IMG/VR virus record: IMGVR_UViG_3300027969_000082
Coordinates: 1 to 64,000 of that record
Length of the DNA: 64,000 nt
Source of the DNA: a virus
Direction: 5' to 3' (one strand)
The notes under the pieces are model-generated. The model did not search any database, had not been told where the DNA came from, and worked only from the letters and a program-made list of their open reading frames with translations. The position numbers and the translations under genes were made by a program. Of the stretch, positions 37,101 through 44,291 are shown one piece after another. Position 1 is the stretch's first letter. Every line of letters starts with the position of its first letter.

Positions 37101-38645
37101 GTAAATTGGAAAACAGTGACTCCAGGCATGCCTAGCGCACTAACATGGACTAAGATTGTTTACGGTCAAGGACTATTTGTTGCAATTGCTAGCGGAACCA
37201 CTTCAGTGGCAACTAGTCCTGACGGTATAAATTGGACTGTTAGAACCATGCCAGGATCTAGTTCCACATGGAAAGGCCTGGCATTTGGTAATGTAAGCAG
37301 CAACCCATTATGGGTAGCAGTATCTAGTACAAGCGGACAAAACGCAGCTTCATTAAGAACTGGTGCTACTGCATTAGGTAGAATGAAGGCAGAGTCCGGA
37401 ACTATAACTGAAATTAGAATGATTGAGCCAGGTTCCGGATATCCAAAAGGAACTGTTACAGCAACTACTGATACTACTAATGTAATCACGGTAAACAACA
37501 CTGAAAACTTAATTGATAGTCAACCAATTATATTCTCTGGAGTATCTGATGGCGGCTTAGCCACTGAGAAATTGTATTATGTTATTGGAAGCACTATTGT
37601 TACAAACACTAGCTTTAAGGTTAGCTTAGTGGCAGGTAGTGCAACACCTGCAGTATTAGTAACTGTTACAGGATTAACTGGAACTTACAGAGCAGGCCCT
37701 ATTGCTACTCAAACAGATCCAAACAAAGTTATCACTGCTGCAATTAACCCAAGAACAAACGACGGTGTACTAGCTAACCCGTCATTTAGTAATAGAGGAA
37801 CATTATATACAACTGCTACTACTGCGGTTACAGGTGACGGCCATGCTGACTTATACCAACCTAGTACATTTATTGCTGTTAGAAACTTGTATGATAGACC
37901 ACAAGCTGGTGCTAACATAGTGTTTTCATCGTTATCAGATGTATGGTATAAATTAGTTGCTGTTACTAATCTATTAGGCGACAAGGGAGACTACACGGCT
38001 CAATTCCAGATTAGTCCAGGTATTTCGGTACTCGAAGCCCCAATTGATGCAGCTACAGTTACTACTACAATTAAGTATAGCCAAGTTCGTCTAACTGGAC
38101 ACGACTTCTTGTACATTGGTACAGGAAATCAAGCACAGACTAACTATCCGTTTGTAGACCCGTCATATGCAGACATTGACAAACAGACTAATAGTAGCGG
38201 TGGCGGACGAGTATTCTTTACAAGTACTGACCAAGACGGTAACTTTAACGTTGGAGGTTTATTTGGAGTTCAACAGTCAACTGGTACTGCTACATTGAAC
38301 GCTGATGCGTTTAACCTAAGCGGTCTACAAAGTTTGCAGTTAGGTGAGATTAACCTAGGTGTTGGATCAGCTGTTATTAACCAGTTTAGTACAGACCCGT
38401 ACTTTACTGCTGATAGCGATAATATTGTACCAACACAGCGAGCAATTAAAGCATATATTACAGCCCAAATTGGTGGCGGACAGAGCTCATTGAACGTAAA
38501 TACACTAACAGCTGGTGTTGTATACGTGGCAAACGACTCGATCTCAACTACTAGTGGTGGTCAGTTAAATATAAAATCAAAGATGTATTTTACAGGTGGA
38601 ATTGACGGGGCTCCCGTTGCACTTGGATTCTTCTTACAACGATAA
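28158..38645 (+). CDS. Giant virion structural protein B; paralogue of 19983 with eight helical CxRD repeats
   Basis: 3495 aa; N-terminus (EFKLGRIRFVWKG), beta-helix, propeller and C-terminal GRVFFTSTDQDGNF shared with A; central C-x-R-D-x-G-Y...YD...GGN repeats. Confidence 0.8.
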   Translation: MAEFKLGRIRFVWKGTWTPSTSYLIDDVVSNGGKSYICVVNHTAASLFNTDLDFVPSKWNIVSDGTQWLGDWEPETYYNPGASVKYGGLVYICKTGHTSATYEVPDFLGLEDDLGNWELFAESFDWKGPWNTATRYRINDFVSYGSTVYVCTTGHLSDASTVTLPASAFTVSAGTATLTYAPQNVAPYAVGSTVTLAGFTPTQTSGVVNTVNASFTVITCTATQLTFALTGTYASSVLGTVTGTSQLGLETDSSNWDIFNQGVIYLGDWSGSAVRYKANDVVKFGANLWICTDYHTSSASFDQTKWDIFVEGFEFENSWNNSTNYQPGDVVTYGGYSYIAKTINVNKQPTTNAADWGVFTTGFNFVGEYNSLTNYKVGDVVRNGGYTYVAVLDSVGQLVSSGTYWSLLNSGFRWTNTPQTYTEVASVTTIGTGAGAKFNVIRSGTVYTVSVAGGFAGSGYFANDQVKILGTVVGGISPANDITINILTVSAGGVATINWSGGSSTWTTATAYVLGDTVYFGANSYVCVANHTASTPSRPDNDTTGAYWNLLAAGSEYNILTTTGDMVYYGTNGPTRLPVGFDGQVLRSQNGFPIWANYGLINNLVYVGPLGKDIAYPDAGATIDQPWKTVRFATKQIEEGYLTPNAKTILAKNKQFIMKEITNWVIYTYTVDITAADDASDRFTCNDTSNLILNMPIEFTSTLGGVTAGQKYFVKSIVGSEFSISEASGGATKQLTAGTGSMTGTLSYDHDFCERDVGLIVEAVKYDVSHGGNMKTTAAAKAYFTAAGNTYINSNFGAQKTQTVAAYTYLAELFDNVLNNAPFRNYQVFNGITNGVTQIVDTSLTVESGVVDRVYELISIITDAITIGSATAIPPSINPATTISVKTGTYDEVLPMVIPEYTAIVGDELRSTIIQPAPANGLLVNDKEKTTTALNRINSIASNLIQNITVSPTSGNTEVQQYVTGFKGDPTLTTAVDDRATDISDILAGGLSSIPALIIPDPVGYDSAYADARDMLVSNKAFLQQEVSAWIASRIAGNFAPFVGFVYSGTGQTKCERDVGYIVDALRYDLTYGGNLETLVAARSFYSFGTFVETGEKDQALAVYEYLKSIIGYIAEGDNGSWIKTPSNPLNQDDSLNPGSAAAGIFLEERLQEIIDTIDTGTVPDAIEPSTSWVDSDNVAAKAAMQTLKAGIQAGAIEYISTSYPSLVYDTDVCYRDVGYIVDAISYDIMFGGNFRSIKAGMSYYRGTSSTQTVITSQLAQTEATITYINTALQQITAGYTGSVGSTTAVSRVETSANVMWDIVASGLGAVPTLVLPNPTGYGSSLTHTAYAVTGNTSGATTTYDYARTQIVQNYAFMRAEIAQYLNVNYNAVWVALGATGQAGCARDIGYILDGIRYDITYGGNTQSLITGSAYYSNYSLTIQTGELTATIAAYTRLKTIIGQIATKTSVTVTPGNVTPQITAGSAGNAYSALFAQNRVQDIIDWISNGTANSTVKPALTWASSDLQSAYAALQDRKTEIQSDVVWWVYKNHQDLNFNEDTCSRDSGYLIDALSYDVITGSNFAAITSGRAYLRGTTSAQLVATSQRKAELGSINFLKYKAKHIAAVGAVAQIDALITDITGYINGGSIPRIQWTNPSTIASGYAAANVLLIDNTEFIKAEIAAWITVQIGLSTSGFVGLVFDSEACQRDVGYIVEALRYDLTYGYGIGGTGNLATRIAGLAYYSALTSVLQIDSGDKTATLAAYARLKAVAQDVIKDVAVTPSAGNTVTQVRAVTGQTAGTSTEATSLGTLVDVITTTINNLGSAPALVAPGTGWVTTAYVTENNSLQTNKATIKAQVTTFITENYPNLNYNSATCERDVGYIIDYVGYDMLFDSNYLTITSARSYYRAQASLVIGEQRDATIASFRYLKTLMLAIVEGNATVRRRVKILMDIIINTMINGIGSTPEVTGTITYKNDVGLYKGAEVLRANKNFLAAEATAWITQSYGGTVTSVTASTDRFTTSSAHNLTAGDPVIFSGTLISGSGIVASTVYYVLATPTTTTFTITDSAIETTAHNVTADASGSMTVRYAFDDTSCKRDMKEYIEAMIYDLSYTGNYKSLRAAELYINAVRGSKQQNMFYVSNATGLRNCTLNGLNGTLSEENDYGTKRPTAGAYVSLNPGFGPNDSSVWVNTRSHYSQNVSLFGTGCTGAKIDGALHAGGNRSMVKNDFTTIMSDGFGVWCTGANSLTELVSVFNYYGYAGYMAELGGRIRATNGNSSYGTYGVIAEGTDTYEQPIYAVVDNHAQQSVVTDTITDSANTIYRIEFSNAGTNYTNVDIGISGDGVNATTIGDEFRDGGVFETRLIDLDDGNGYGGTNYANAINAAQGGDVGYITIAATDIALSTAYVGMRIQISAGTGVGQYANILTYNSGTKIATIYKDSFTALTVSTTTDTGDFVNVASNATLYADMPIYFVGTTFGSITANTLYYVKALTGTTQFTVYQNTTTKAQINVTGGSGTMSIYAAGWDHAVPGTTLVNSLDLSSSYKLEPRISYTAPGYTATARSIQAVAFSAATFGNNRYIAIPTSGTSTSYSLDGKTWTAGGVLSASASWVDTTYGGGQGAVATALVGGLGGSGAVLQAVMGVVNSIGAPGIDQIVSVTIIDGGYNYTTPPTIVFTPVTGGAGAVASCTVLNGKIDSITVEINGSGYNAKPTVSAATDRVTKLTVSTWGRGYTSAPTVTVSPPVSATVWSSLGSATQGTYYSYVNTGVIPSETNYYLAGATGTFSSTAPTFTSGTGSSGTYGVGLTYVGSLATGTAVLNNTGVGSITIGATGGRGYTSNPTVSIVDTTAKYVAIASGAIGTSYLPTSAAANAAWSTGGNLQAGFTDAAAITYGGGLFVAVGGTNKGASAPLSAVGTTWTARTLPTTSGTYSAITYGNGTFVAITTGAQLTAYSTNATTWTQGGNLPTSTTWSSIAYGNGRFVAIATGTRSVAISLDKGVNWKTVTPGMPSALTWTKIVYGQGLFVAIASGTTSVATSPDGINWTVRTMPGSSSTWKGLAFGNVSSNPLWVAVSSTSGQNAASLRTGATALGRMKAESGTITEIRMIEPGSGYPKGTVTATTDTTNVITVNNTENLIDSQPIIFSGVSDGGLATEKLYYVIGSTIVTNTSFKVSLVAGSATPAVLVTVTGLTGTYRAGPIATQTDPNKVITAAINPRTNDGVLANPSFSNRGTLYTTATTAVTGDGHADLYQPSTFIAVRNLYDRPQAGANIVFSSLSDVWYKLVAVTNLLGDKGDYTAQFQISPGISVLEAPIDAATVTTTIKYSQVRLTGHDFLYIGTGNQAQTNYPFVDPSYADIDKQTNSSGGGRVFFTSTDQDGNFNVGGLFGVQQSTGTATLNADAFNLSGLQSLQLGEINLGVGSAVINQFSTDPYFTADSDNIVPTQRAIKAYITAQIGGGQSSLNVNTLTAGVVYVANDSISTTSGGQLNIKSKMYFTGGIDGAPVALGFFLQR

Positions 38646-38662
38646 TTTACGGAGATATAAAA

Positions 38663-38989
38663 ATGGCAACAGGAAGATTAGGCGCGGGAGCAGTAGCAAT
38701 CCCAGCAATTACAAATACTACAGTATACACAGTGCCTGTAGGATATTATGCAGTATGTAATGTATCTATCACTAATAGAAATACAACAGCAGTTACTATA
38801 AGATTGGCACTTTCAACGTCAGGTTCGCCTGGTTCTGAAGAATGGATTGAATATGATACTGTTGTTATTCCTAACGGAACATACGAACGCACGGGTTTAG
38901 TCGGGCAAGCCGGACTAAATATTGTTGTTTACTCCTCAGCTGCTTTAGTTGGCTGTACAGTATACGGTATTGAAACATCTACATCATAA
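38663..38989 (+). CDS. Small beta-rich virion protein (adaptor-like family)
   Basis: 108 aa; TNTTVYTVP...VSITNR...EWIEYD...ERTGLV...VYGIE. Confidence 0.7.
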   Translation: MATGRLGAGAVAIPAITNTTVYTVPVGYYAVCNVSITNRNTTAVTIRLALSTSGSPGSEEWIEYDTVVIPNGTYERTGLVGQAGLNIVVYSSAALVGCTVYGIETSTS

Positions 38990-39003
38990 TTGAGAGTTAA
39001 ACT

Positions 39004-39972
39004 ATGGCACGATTAAACACAGGCGCAAAGACCTTAAGTATAACAGGGACGTATAATCTCTCGTATGCGTTTACGGGGGGATTAATTTCTCTAGCTGGAA
39101 CTGCGCCTTACATTGTAACAATAGCTAACCCAGTATTTTTTCCTGGCTCAAAACAAGAATTTCATAATTCTACCACTGGAAACATAACACTTAGTACGCC
39201 CGCAGGTAATATTCAAGGACCTGGGTGGACAGCAGCGTCGACACAAATTATGCCAGCTGGTGCTACATTTACGCTAATCTCAAATGGTGCAAACTATGTT
39301 ATTACCAATGATGAAGGCGGCCCATTACAAGGAACTGCGGTGGTATTCACCACTTCGGCAACTGTTCCTACAGTGCAAGGTTCTACTGCAAGTTCCGGAC
39401 AGTTAACAATTCGGTCAACAAGCAATGCTACTAAAGGTACTGCCGGTATTTTAATGACTGATAGCATTTCATCAACTACTACATCAACTGGTACATTAGT
39501 AATAACCGGTGGCTTAGGTGTTAGTGAAAATATTCGTGCAGGCGGTACAATTTACGGTAATCTAAACAGTAGTAATGTTTCACTAAGTACAACAGGTAGT
39601 ATTGATGGAATTACAGTAGGTAGTACCACTCGAGCGGCAGGCGCATTTACTACACTTGGTGCTAATAGTACGGTAACCATTACTGGTGTAATATCGGCAG
39701 CAACGGGAACAAATAATCAAGCATATTCAACAACTGGTGCAGGCACTATCACTTTTAGTTCTGGAACATTAGGTAGTATTGATAATATGACCATTGGTGC
39801 AACAACATCAACTACTGGTAAATTTACTACAATGACTGCTACTACAGCAACATTGACTAACGGTACTATTACTACAGCTCCATCTAGCGGCAACGATATT
39901 GCCAATAAAACTTATGTCGATGCTGCTGCTAAAAAGATTAGTGGCTTTGGCTTCTTCTACGCTGGCGTGTAA
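39004..39972 (+). CDS. Short tail fibre-like protein
   Basis: 322 aa, T/G/S-rich; TGTLVITGGLGVSENI and DIANKTYVD fibre motifs; hydrophobic C-terminus GFGFFYAGV. Confidence 0.7.
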   Translation: MARLNTGAKTLSITGTYNLSYAFTGGLISLAGTAPYIVTIANPVFFPGSKQEFHNSTTGNITLSTPAGNIQGPGWTAASTQIMPAGATFTLISNGANYVITNDEGGPLQGTAVVFTTSATVPTVQGSTASSGQLTIRSTSNATKGTAGILMTDSISSTTTSTGTLVITGGLGVSENIRAGGTIYGNLNSSNVSLSTTGSIDGITVGSTTRAAGAFTTLGANSTVTITGVISAATGTNNQAYSTTGAGTITFSSGTLGSIDNMTIGATTSTTGKFTTMTATTATLTNGTITTAPSSGNDIANKTYVDAAAKKISGFGFFYAGV

Positions 39973-39990
39973 AATATTTAAGGAAATAAA

Positions 39991-40638
39991 ATGGCAATAG
40001 GAATTAATTCAAGAGTAGATTTATCCGCAGCAACCAACACAACGATTGCAACTACTCCTGCATCTGGAAAAGCACAAATATTAACTGTATCACTAGCTAA
40101 TCGAACAGGAACTGCTGGAACGTTTAACCTAGCTATTGTTAATAACGGTACAACTACGCCAGCAGCCGGAGACTATATAGAAATATCTACTCCTATCGCA
40201 GCGTATACTGTATTTGAAAAAACAGGCATTGTACTACAAAACGGACAAACTATTGTAGCTTATTCTAGCATTGCCAGTGTATCTGCTGTTACATACGGTA
40301 TAGAAGATAACGTGGCTAACTCAAACACTGGTTCTTTTAAAGCTGCTCTTCCAGCAGCGACTTGGGTACAGGCAACTGCTGGCCCTGCCGCTGGCCGTTA
40401 TCAAACAGTTAGTTTGAATATTTGTAATCGTAACAGTGCATTGACATTGATTAGAGTCTGTATTTCTACAACATACAATTCACCAAGTGCAAGCGACTAC
40501 ATCGAGTATGACTCGATATTAGCAGCAGGCGCAGTATTAGAAAGAACTGGTATTGTCATCGGTAACGGTCAACAAATTGGCGTATATTCAAGCGTAGCAA
40601 CTGTTGACCTAGTTACTATGATTGTTGACGACGCATAA
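39991..40638 (+). CDS. Tandem two-domain paralogue of 38663
   Basis: 215 aa; two copies of (A/C)NR...DYIE...E(K/R)TGIV..NGQ.I..YSS. Confidence 0.7.
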   Translation: MAIGINSRVDLSAATNTTIATTPASGKAQILTVSLANRTGTAGTFNLAIVNNGTTTPAAGDYIEISTPIAAYTVFEKTGIVLQNGQTIVAYSSIASVSAVTYGIEDNVANSNTGSFKAALPAATWVQATAGPAAGRYQTVSLNICNRNSALTLIRVCISTTYNSPSASDYIEYDSILAAGAVLERTGIVIGNGQQIGVYSSVATVDLVTMIVDDA

Positions 40639-40645
40639 TATATGA

Positions 40646-40651
40646 TAAATA
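40646..40651 (+). promoter_or_regulatory. Late promoter core TAAATA
   Basis: GATAAATA before the Gly/Cys cassette; RBS AAGGA. Confidence 0.65.
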
Positions 40652-40670
40652 CAAACAAGGAAACAAAATA

Positions 40671-41414
40671 ATGTCAGGCGTTAAACTAATTTATGATAAT
40701 ACATGCACTAGCACCAGTAATACTAGCTGCTCATGGACTGTGCCAGCCGGTGTATTTCGTGTAACATTCGAATTATGGGGTGGCGGCGGCGGCGGTGGTG
40801 TTCCGGGAACTAACTGCAATTGCTGTAGTACTGGAGGCGCAGGCAGCGGTGGCGGCTACTCTAAACTAACTGTTAACACTACCCCTGGAGATGTTTATAC
40901 AGCAGTAGCAGGATCAGCTGGCGTCAGCGGCGGATTTGGAGCTCCACTATCACTGTGTGCTAACGGCATTACTGGCGGAACTAGTTATGTTACCGGAACT
41001 AACGTTGGCGCTACTTTCTGTGCTACAGGCGGTCTTGGCGGCCTAAGTGATTTTGCCACTAATTGCTATTCAATTTGTGGATGTAACTGGTATAGTAGAA
41101 CACCGGGACAAGGTTATGGTGGCGACACAGTAGCTCAAGGTACATGGGGAATTCATTCATTATGGGGCGGCCAAGAACCTTGGGGCGCCCAACACTTTGG
41201 CGGAAGCGCAGGCGGCCCAGGCGGCGGCCCAGGCGGATTTAATATGTCAGCCGGGTATTGTAGCGGACTTGCTTGCTCAGTAACAGGTGAAGGCCCACTT
41301 CATGGTCGTATACCTGGCGGCGGTGGGGCAGGTGGATCATGCTGGCAGCTCTGCTGCTGCTGCCCATGGGCTAGCGGGCGTGGCGCACCTGGCATGGTTA
41401 AAATTACTTATTAA
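40671..41414 (+). CDS. Gly/Cys-rich fibre tip (adhesin-like) protein 1
   Basis: 247 aa, 17 Cys; WTVPAGV..VTFELWGGGGGGG, FCATGG, PGGGG, CCCC, GAPGMVKITY. Confidence 0.7.
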   Translation: MSGVKLIYDNTCTSTSNTSCSWTVPAGVFRVTFELWGGGGGGGVPGTNCNCCSTGGAGSGGGYSKLTVNTTPGDVYTAVAGSAGVSGGFGAPLSLCANGITGGTSYVTGTNVGATFCATGGLGGLSDFATNCYSICGCNWYSRTPGQGYGGDTVAQGTWGIHSLWGGQEPWGAQHFGGSAGGPGGGPGGFNMSAGYCSGLACSVTGEGPLHGRIPGGGGAGGSCWQLCCCCPWASGRGAPGMVKITY

Positions 41415-41425
41415 TTGAGGATATC

Positions 41426-41926
41426 ATGAATACACATAAAATATTAATAAGTAACGATACAGGAAAAATTATTTTACCTATCCATACTATAGACGACCCA
41501 AGACCATGTCCTCCAGATGCTACATGGATAGAAGTAGATCCAGATACTAGTATATACAAACATTATGTAAATCTTGAAGATGTTCACCATCTAGACATCG
41601 AAGCAACATATTGGGATTTTGAAACAGGCTTGTGGGTAGAAGTACCTACAAGTGCGCTACCAACATTTGAAAAAACAAGATTTAACAGAAACGAGTTACT
41701 AAAACACAGTGATAAAGTTTTTGCAACAGTAACAGATCCTGTAGAAAGACAGCAATGGATTACTTACAGGCAGCAATTAAGAACTATGTTTGACGGTCTT
41801 CCTGCGGATTTTGACTGGAATGAAATTATCTTTCCAAGAATGCCATCAGATATCAAAGCATTAAAAGACAAAGCTGCCGCAGGCGACGCTGTTGCAATCG
41901 AAATAGTTACAAGGGATAATTTATAA
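41426..41926 (+). CDS. Tail fibre assembly chaperone-like protein 1
   Basis: RFNRNELLKHSD...WITYRQQLR...FPRMP resembles the phage tail assembly chaperone C-terminal signature. Confidence 0.7.
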   Translation: MNTHKILISNDTGKIILPIHTIDDPRPCPPDATWIEVDPDTSIYKHYVNLEDVHHLDIEATYWDFETGLWVEVPTSALPTFEKTRFNRNELLKHSDKVFATVTDPVERQQWITYRQQLRTMFDGLPADFDWNEIIFPRMPSDIKALKDKAAAGDAVAIEIVTRDNL

Positions 41927-42624
41927 TGGGACGATTTATTAGTGCAACAGTCGGGTATACTCCTTCTCAACGAAGAACTCTTCAAGTATTTGCTAATGCT
42001 TCAAGTTTTTGTTGTTTATGGACTGTCCCATCAGGTGTTACGTCAGTAACATTTGAAATATGGGGTGGCGGTGGCGCTGGCGGCCCGAAATGCTGCTGTT
42101 ATTGCGCGGCTTCAGCCGGCGGAAGCGCAGGAGGATACGCAATTAAGACTGTAACAACTTCTGCAGGACAACAATATACTATATGCGCAGGTGGCCCAGG
42201 AGAAGCCCGTTACTGTTCAGTTGGCGGATCAAACATCGGTTGTCAAGGCTGTACAAGTTTTGTAACAGGAACAGGATTAAGCAACTTCTGTGCAACTGGA
42301 GGTGCTGGCGGGTATTCAGTTTGTTGTATTCAAATGACACAATGTTGTGGAGGCAACGGCTACGGCGGTGATTTTAATATCCCCGGTGGAGATGGCTGGC
42401 AAAAAGGCGGATGCAGTACTTGGATATGCCATTACAGTGCAGGCGGCGCAGCAGCATTTGGAGGACACTCATGGCATGCTATGCACCACTGCTGTCCTTA
42501 TGCTAGTTGCGGTTGGTGCGGATTATTCCCCGGTGGTGGCGGCACAGGATTATTTTCTTGTTGTTGCGAATGCTGTTTCTGCCAAGGCGGAGGCGCACCA
42601 GGTTTAGTAAAGGTGACTTATTAA
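41926..42624 (+). CDS. Gly/Cys-rich fibre tip (adhesin-like) protein 2
   Basis: 232 aa, 27 Cys; same conserved blocks as 40671. Confidence 0.7.
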   Translation: MGRFISATVGYTPSQRRTLQVFANASSFCCLWTVPSGVTSVTFEIWGGGGAGGPKCCCYCAASAGGSAGGYAIKTVTTSAGQQYTICAGGPGEARYCSVGGSNIGCQGCTSFVTGTGLSNFCATGGAGGYSVCCIQMTQCCGGNGYGGDFNIPGGDGWQKGGCSTWICHYSAGGAAAFGGHSWHAMHHCCPYASCGWCGLFPGGGGTGLFSCCCECCFCQGGGAPGLVKVTY

Positions 42625-42625
42625 T

Positions 42626-43072
42626 ATGTACTATTCAATTGTAGAAAAAGCAACAGGCATAATGCATGAAGGTTGGTCAAACTATATTCATGTTGATGAA
42701 TCAGATAGACCATTACATCAATCTCTAGCATATGTGCCATTAAATGATTTATTAACAAAATTGTTAACAACAGACGGTAGTGATTTAGGCGATGAACTAC
42801 ACCCAGTAGATTATAGACGAACACATTATGACTTTAACACAGAGCAATGGGTAATCATTTATCAAGACGATGTTCCTGTACCTGCGGATCCTGTAACTGT
42901 TGCACAAGACTTAAAAAATCAACACATAGCAGCAGTTAATATTAAATTGACTATACCAGATTTAAGCACTTCTGCTAGAACCAAATTAGAAGCTCATTTG
43001 GCAGCACTTACTGCGATTGAAGTAACTGCTGAAACAGCTAAAGATATTCAATGGCCGGTATCACCGTTTTAA
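42626..43072 (+). CDS. Tail fibre assembly chaperone-like protein 2 (divergent)
   Basis: 148 aa; C-terminal helical hairpin ending IQWPVSPF; position equivalent to 41426 and 43803. Confidence 0.55.
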   Translation: MYYSIVEKATGIMHEGWSNYIHVDESDRPLHQSLAYVPLNDLLTKLLTTDGSDLGDELHPVDYRRTHYDFNTEQWVIIYQDDVPVPADPVTVAQDLKNQHIAAVNIKLTIPDLSTSARTKLEAHLAALTAIEVTAETAKDIQWPVSPF

Positions 43073-43084
43073 AAGAGAAAAAAT

Positions 43085-43789
43085 ATGGCAAGATATTATA
43101 CTGTAGCAACATCAGCAACACTAACCTGTAGTGCTGTATGTGATTTTCAAAATCCGGGCGCTTATACATGGACAGTTCCATCGGGAGTAACTGAAGTTAC
43201 TTTTGAAATTTGGGGAGCCGGCGGTGGCGGTGGCGCCAAGTGCTGTTGCGAATGTTATCACGGCGGCCCCGGCGGTGCTGGTGGCGGATATTCATCAGTA
43301 AGCGTTACTACTGCTGTAGGCTGTGCTTATGCGGTATGCGTTGGCTACGGAGGCATGGTCCCAACTGTTGGAAGCTGCGCACTTCACTGGTGCTGTTATG
43401 GGCAACCCGGATCAACCACATATATTACTGGATTTAATTTAAGTAATTTCTGTGCAACCGGCGGCGATGGCGGCCATAACACATGCTATTATATTTGCGG
43501 ATGCCGCAATGACCCGGGCACCGGCTATGGCGGCAACGTAGTTGCATGTGGTGCTGGCGGGGCAATCCAGGGGTATAGCGATGCATATTTCTGGAGAATG
43601 AATCACAGTGGTAGCGCACCATTTACCGGCGGCTCAAGACCGCACTCAGGAGACCATTGCTGCCCTTGTATGTTAGGTTATCCTGGCGTATTTCCAGGTG
43701 GTGGTGGCGCAACCGTTATGCCTAATATCTGTTGCTGCTGCTCACAAGCCGGCGCTGGCGCAAACGGCCTTGTTAGAATTCACTATTAA
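43085..43789 (+). CDS. Gly/Cys-rich fibre tip (adhesin-like) protein 3
   Basis: 234 aa, 23 Cys; same conserved blocks. Confidence 0.7.
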   Translation: MARYYTVATSATLTCSAVCDFQNPGAYTWTVPSGVTEVTFEIWGAGGGGGAKCCCECYHGGPGGAGGGYSSVSVTTAVGCAYAVCVGYGGMVPTVGSCALHWCCYGQPGSTTYITGFNLSNFCATGGDGGHNTCYYICGCRNDPGTGYGGNVVACGAGGAIQGYSDAYFWRMNHSGSAPFTGGSRPHSGDHCCPCMLGYPGVFPGGGGATVMPNICCCCSQAGAGANGLVRIHY

Positions 43790-43802
43790 AAGGTAAACTA
43801 TA

Positions 43803-44291
43803 ATGACACAATACGCTTTATTTTTTAACACACAAACAAATAAACCTCACTCTGCGGTAATTTATAGAGATGAACAAATTCCACCGCAAGAAGTTTGGCC
43901 ACCTAATACTGATCTGTTTGTCTTCGATGAAACTACTCCAAATTTTAATAAGTTATATGGAATATTTGTCGATGACAAAGAAAAAGTATATCTAGATTAT
44001 GATGCGTTTAATACAGTACGAGACCCTGTTACTGGAGAATTTACGTTTCCTTTAATGGAAAAAATGTCTAATATTGAACAAATTAGATGGGAACGTAATA
44101 AAAAGATGGAAGAAAGCGATGCGTTTATTTACGCTCCGGATCTTCCAGAAAGTATCATGCAAGAGTTGCTGGCATATAGGCAAGCATTGAGAGATATTAC
44201 CAATGGTATTGATCCAGAAACTCCGACTTATGAACTTAACTGGCCAGTTCTTCCTGAACCATTTAGGCCCGCACCACGGATGGATATTTAA
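43803..44291 (+). CDS. Tail fibre assembly chaperone-like protein 3
   Basis: IRWERNKKMEESD...YRQALRDIT...WPVLP signature. Confidence 0.75.
   Translation: MTQYALFFNTQTNKPHSAVIYRDEQIPPQEVWPPNTDLFVFDETTPNFNKLYGIFVDDKEKVYLDYDAFNTVRDPVTGEFTFPLMEKMSNIEQIRWERNKKMEESDAFIYAPDLPESIMQELLAYRQALRDITNGIDPETPTYELNWPVLPEPFRPAPRMDI

Noticed and set aside
7132-37984. Many antisense and alternate-frame ORFs of 60-130 aa inside the giant genes
   Set aside because: Shadow ORFs caused by codon bias in T/V/G-rich genes; no RBS or recognisable motifs
40671-43789. Diversity-generating retroelement or invertible shufflon acting on the three tip genes
   Set aside because: No reverse transcriptase or recombinase in the window, no near-identical template/variable repeat pair seen, all cassettes co-oriented and no inverted crossover sites noticed
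40671-43789. Cys-rich ORFs as RiPP precursors modified by the adjacent enzymes
   Set aside because: They are 230-250 aa with a phage Gly-rich scaffold and paired tail chaperones; no leader/core layout, cyclodehydratase or radical SAM gene
40671-43789. Locally higher GC as a sign of horizontal transfer
   Set aside because: Explained by Gly/Cys/Ala codons; the interleaved chaperone genes are AT-rich like the rest
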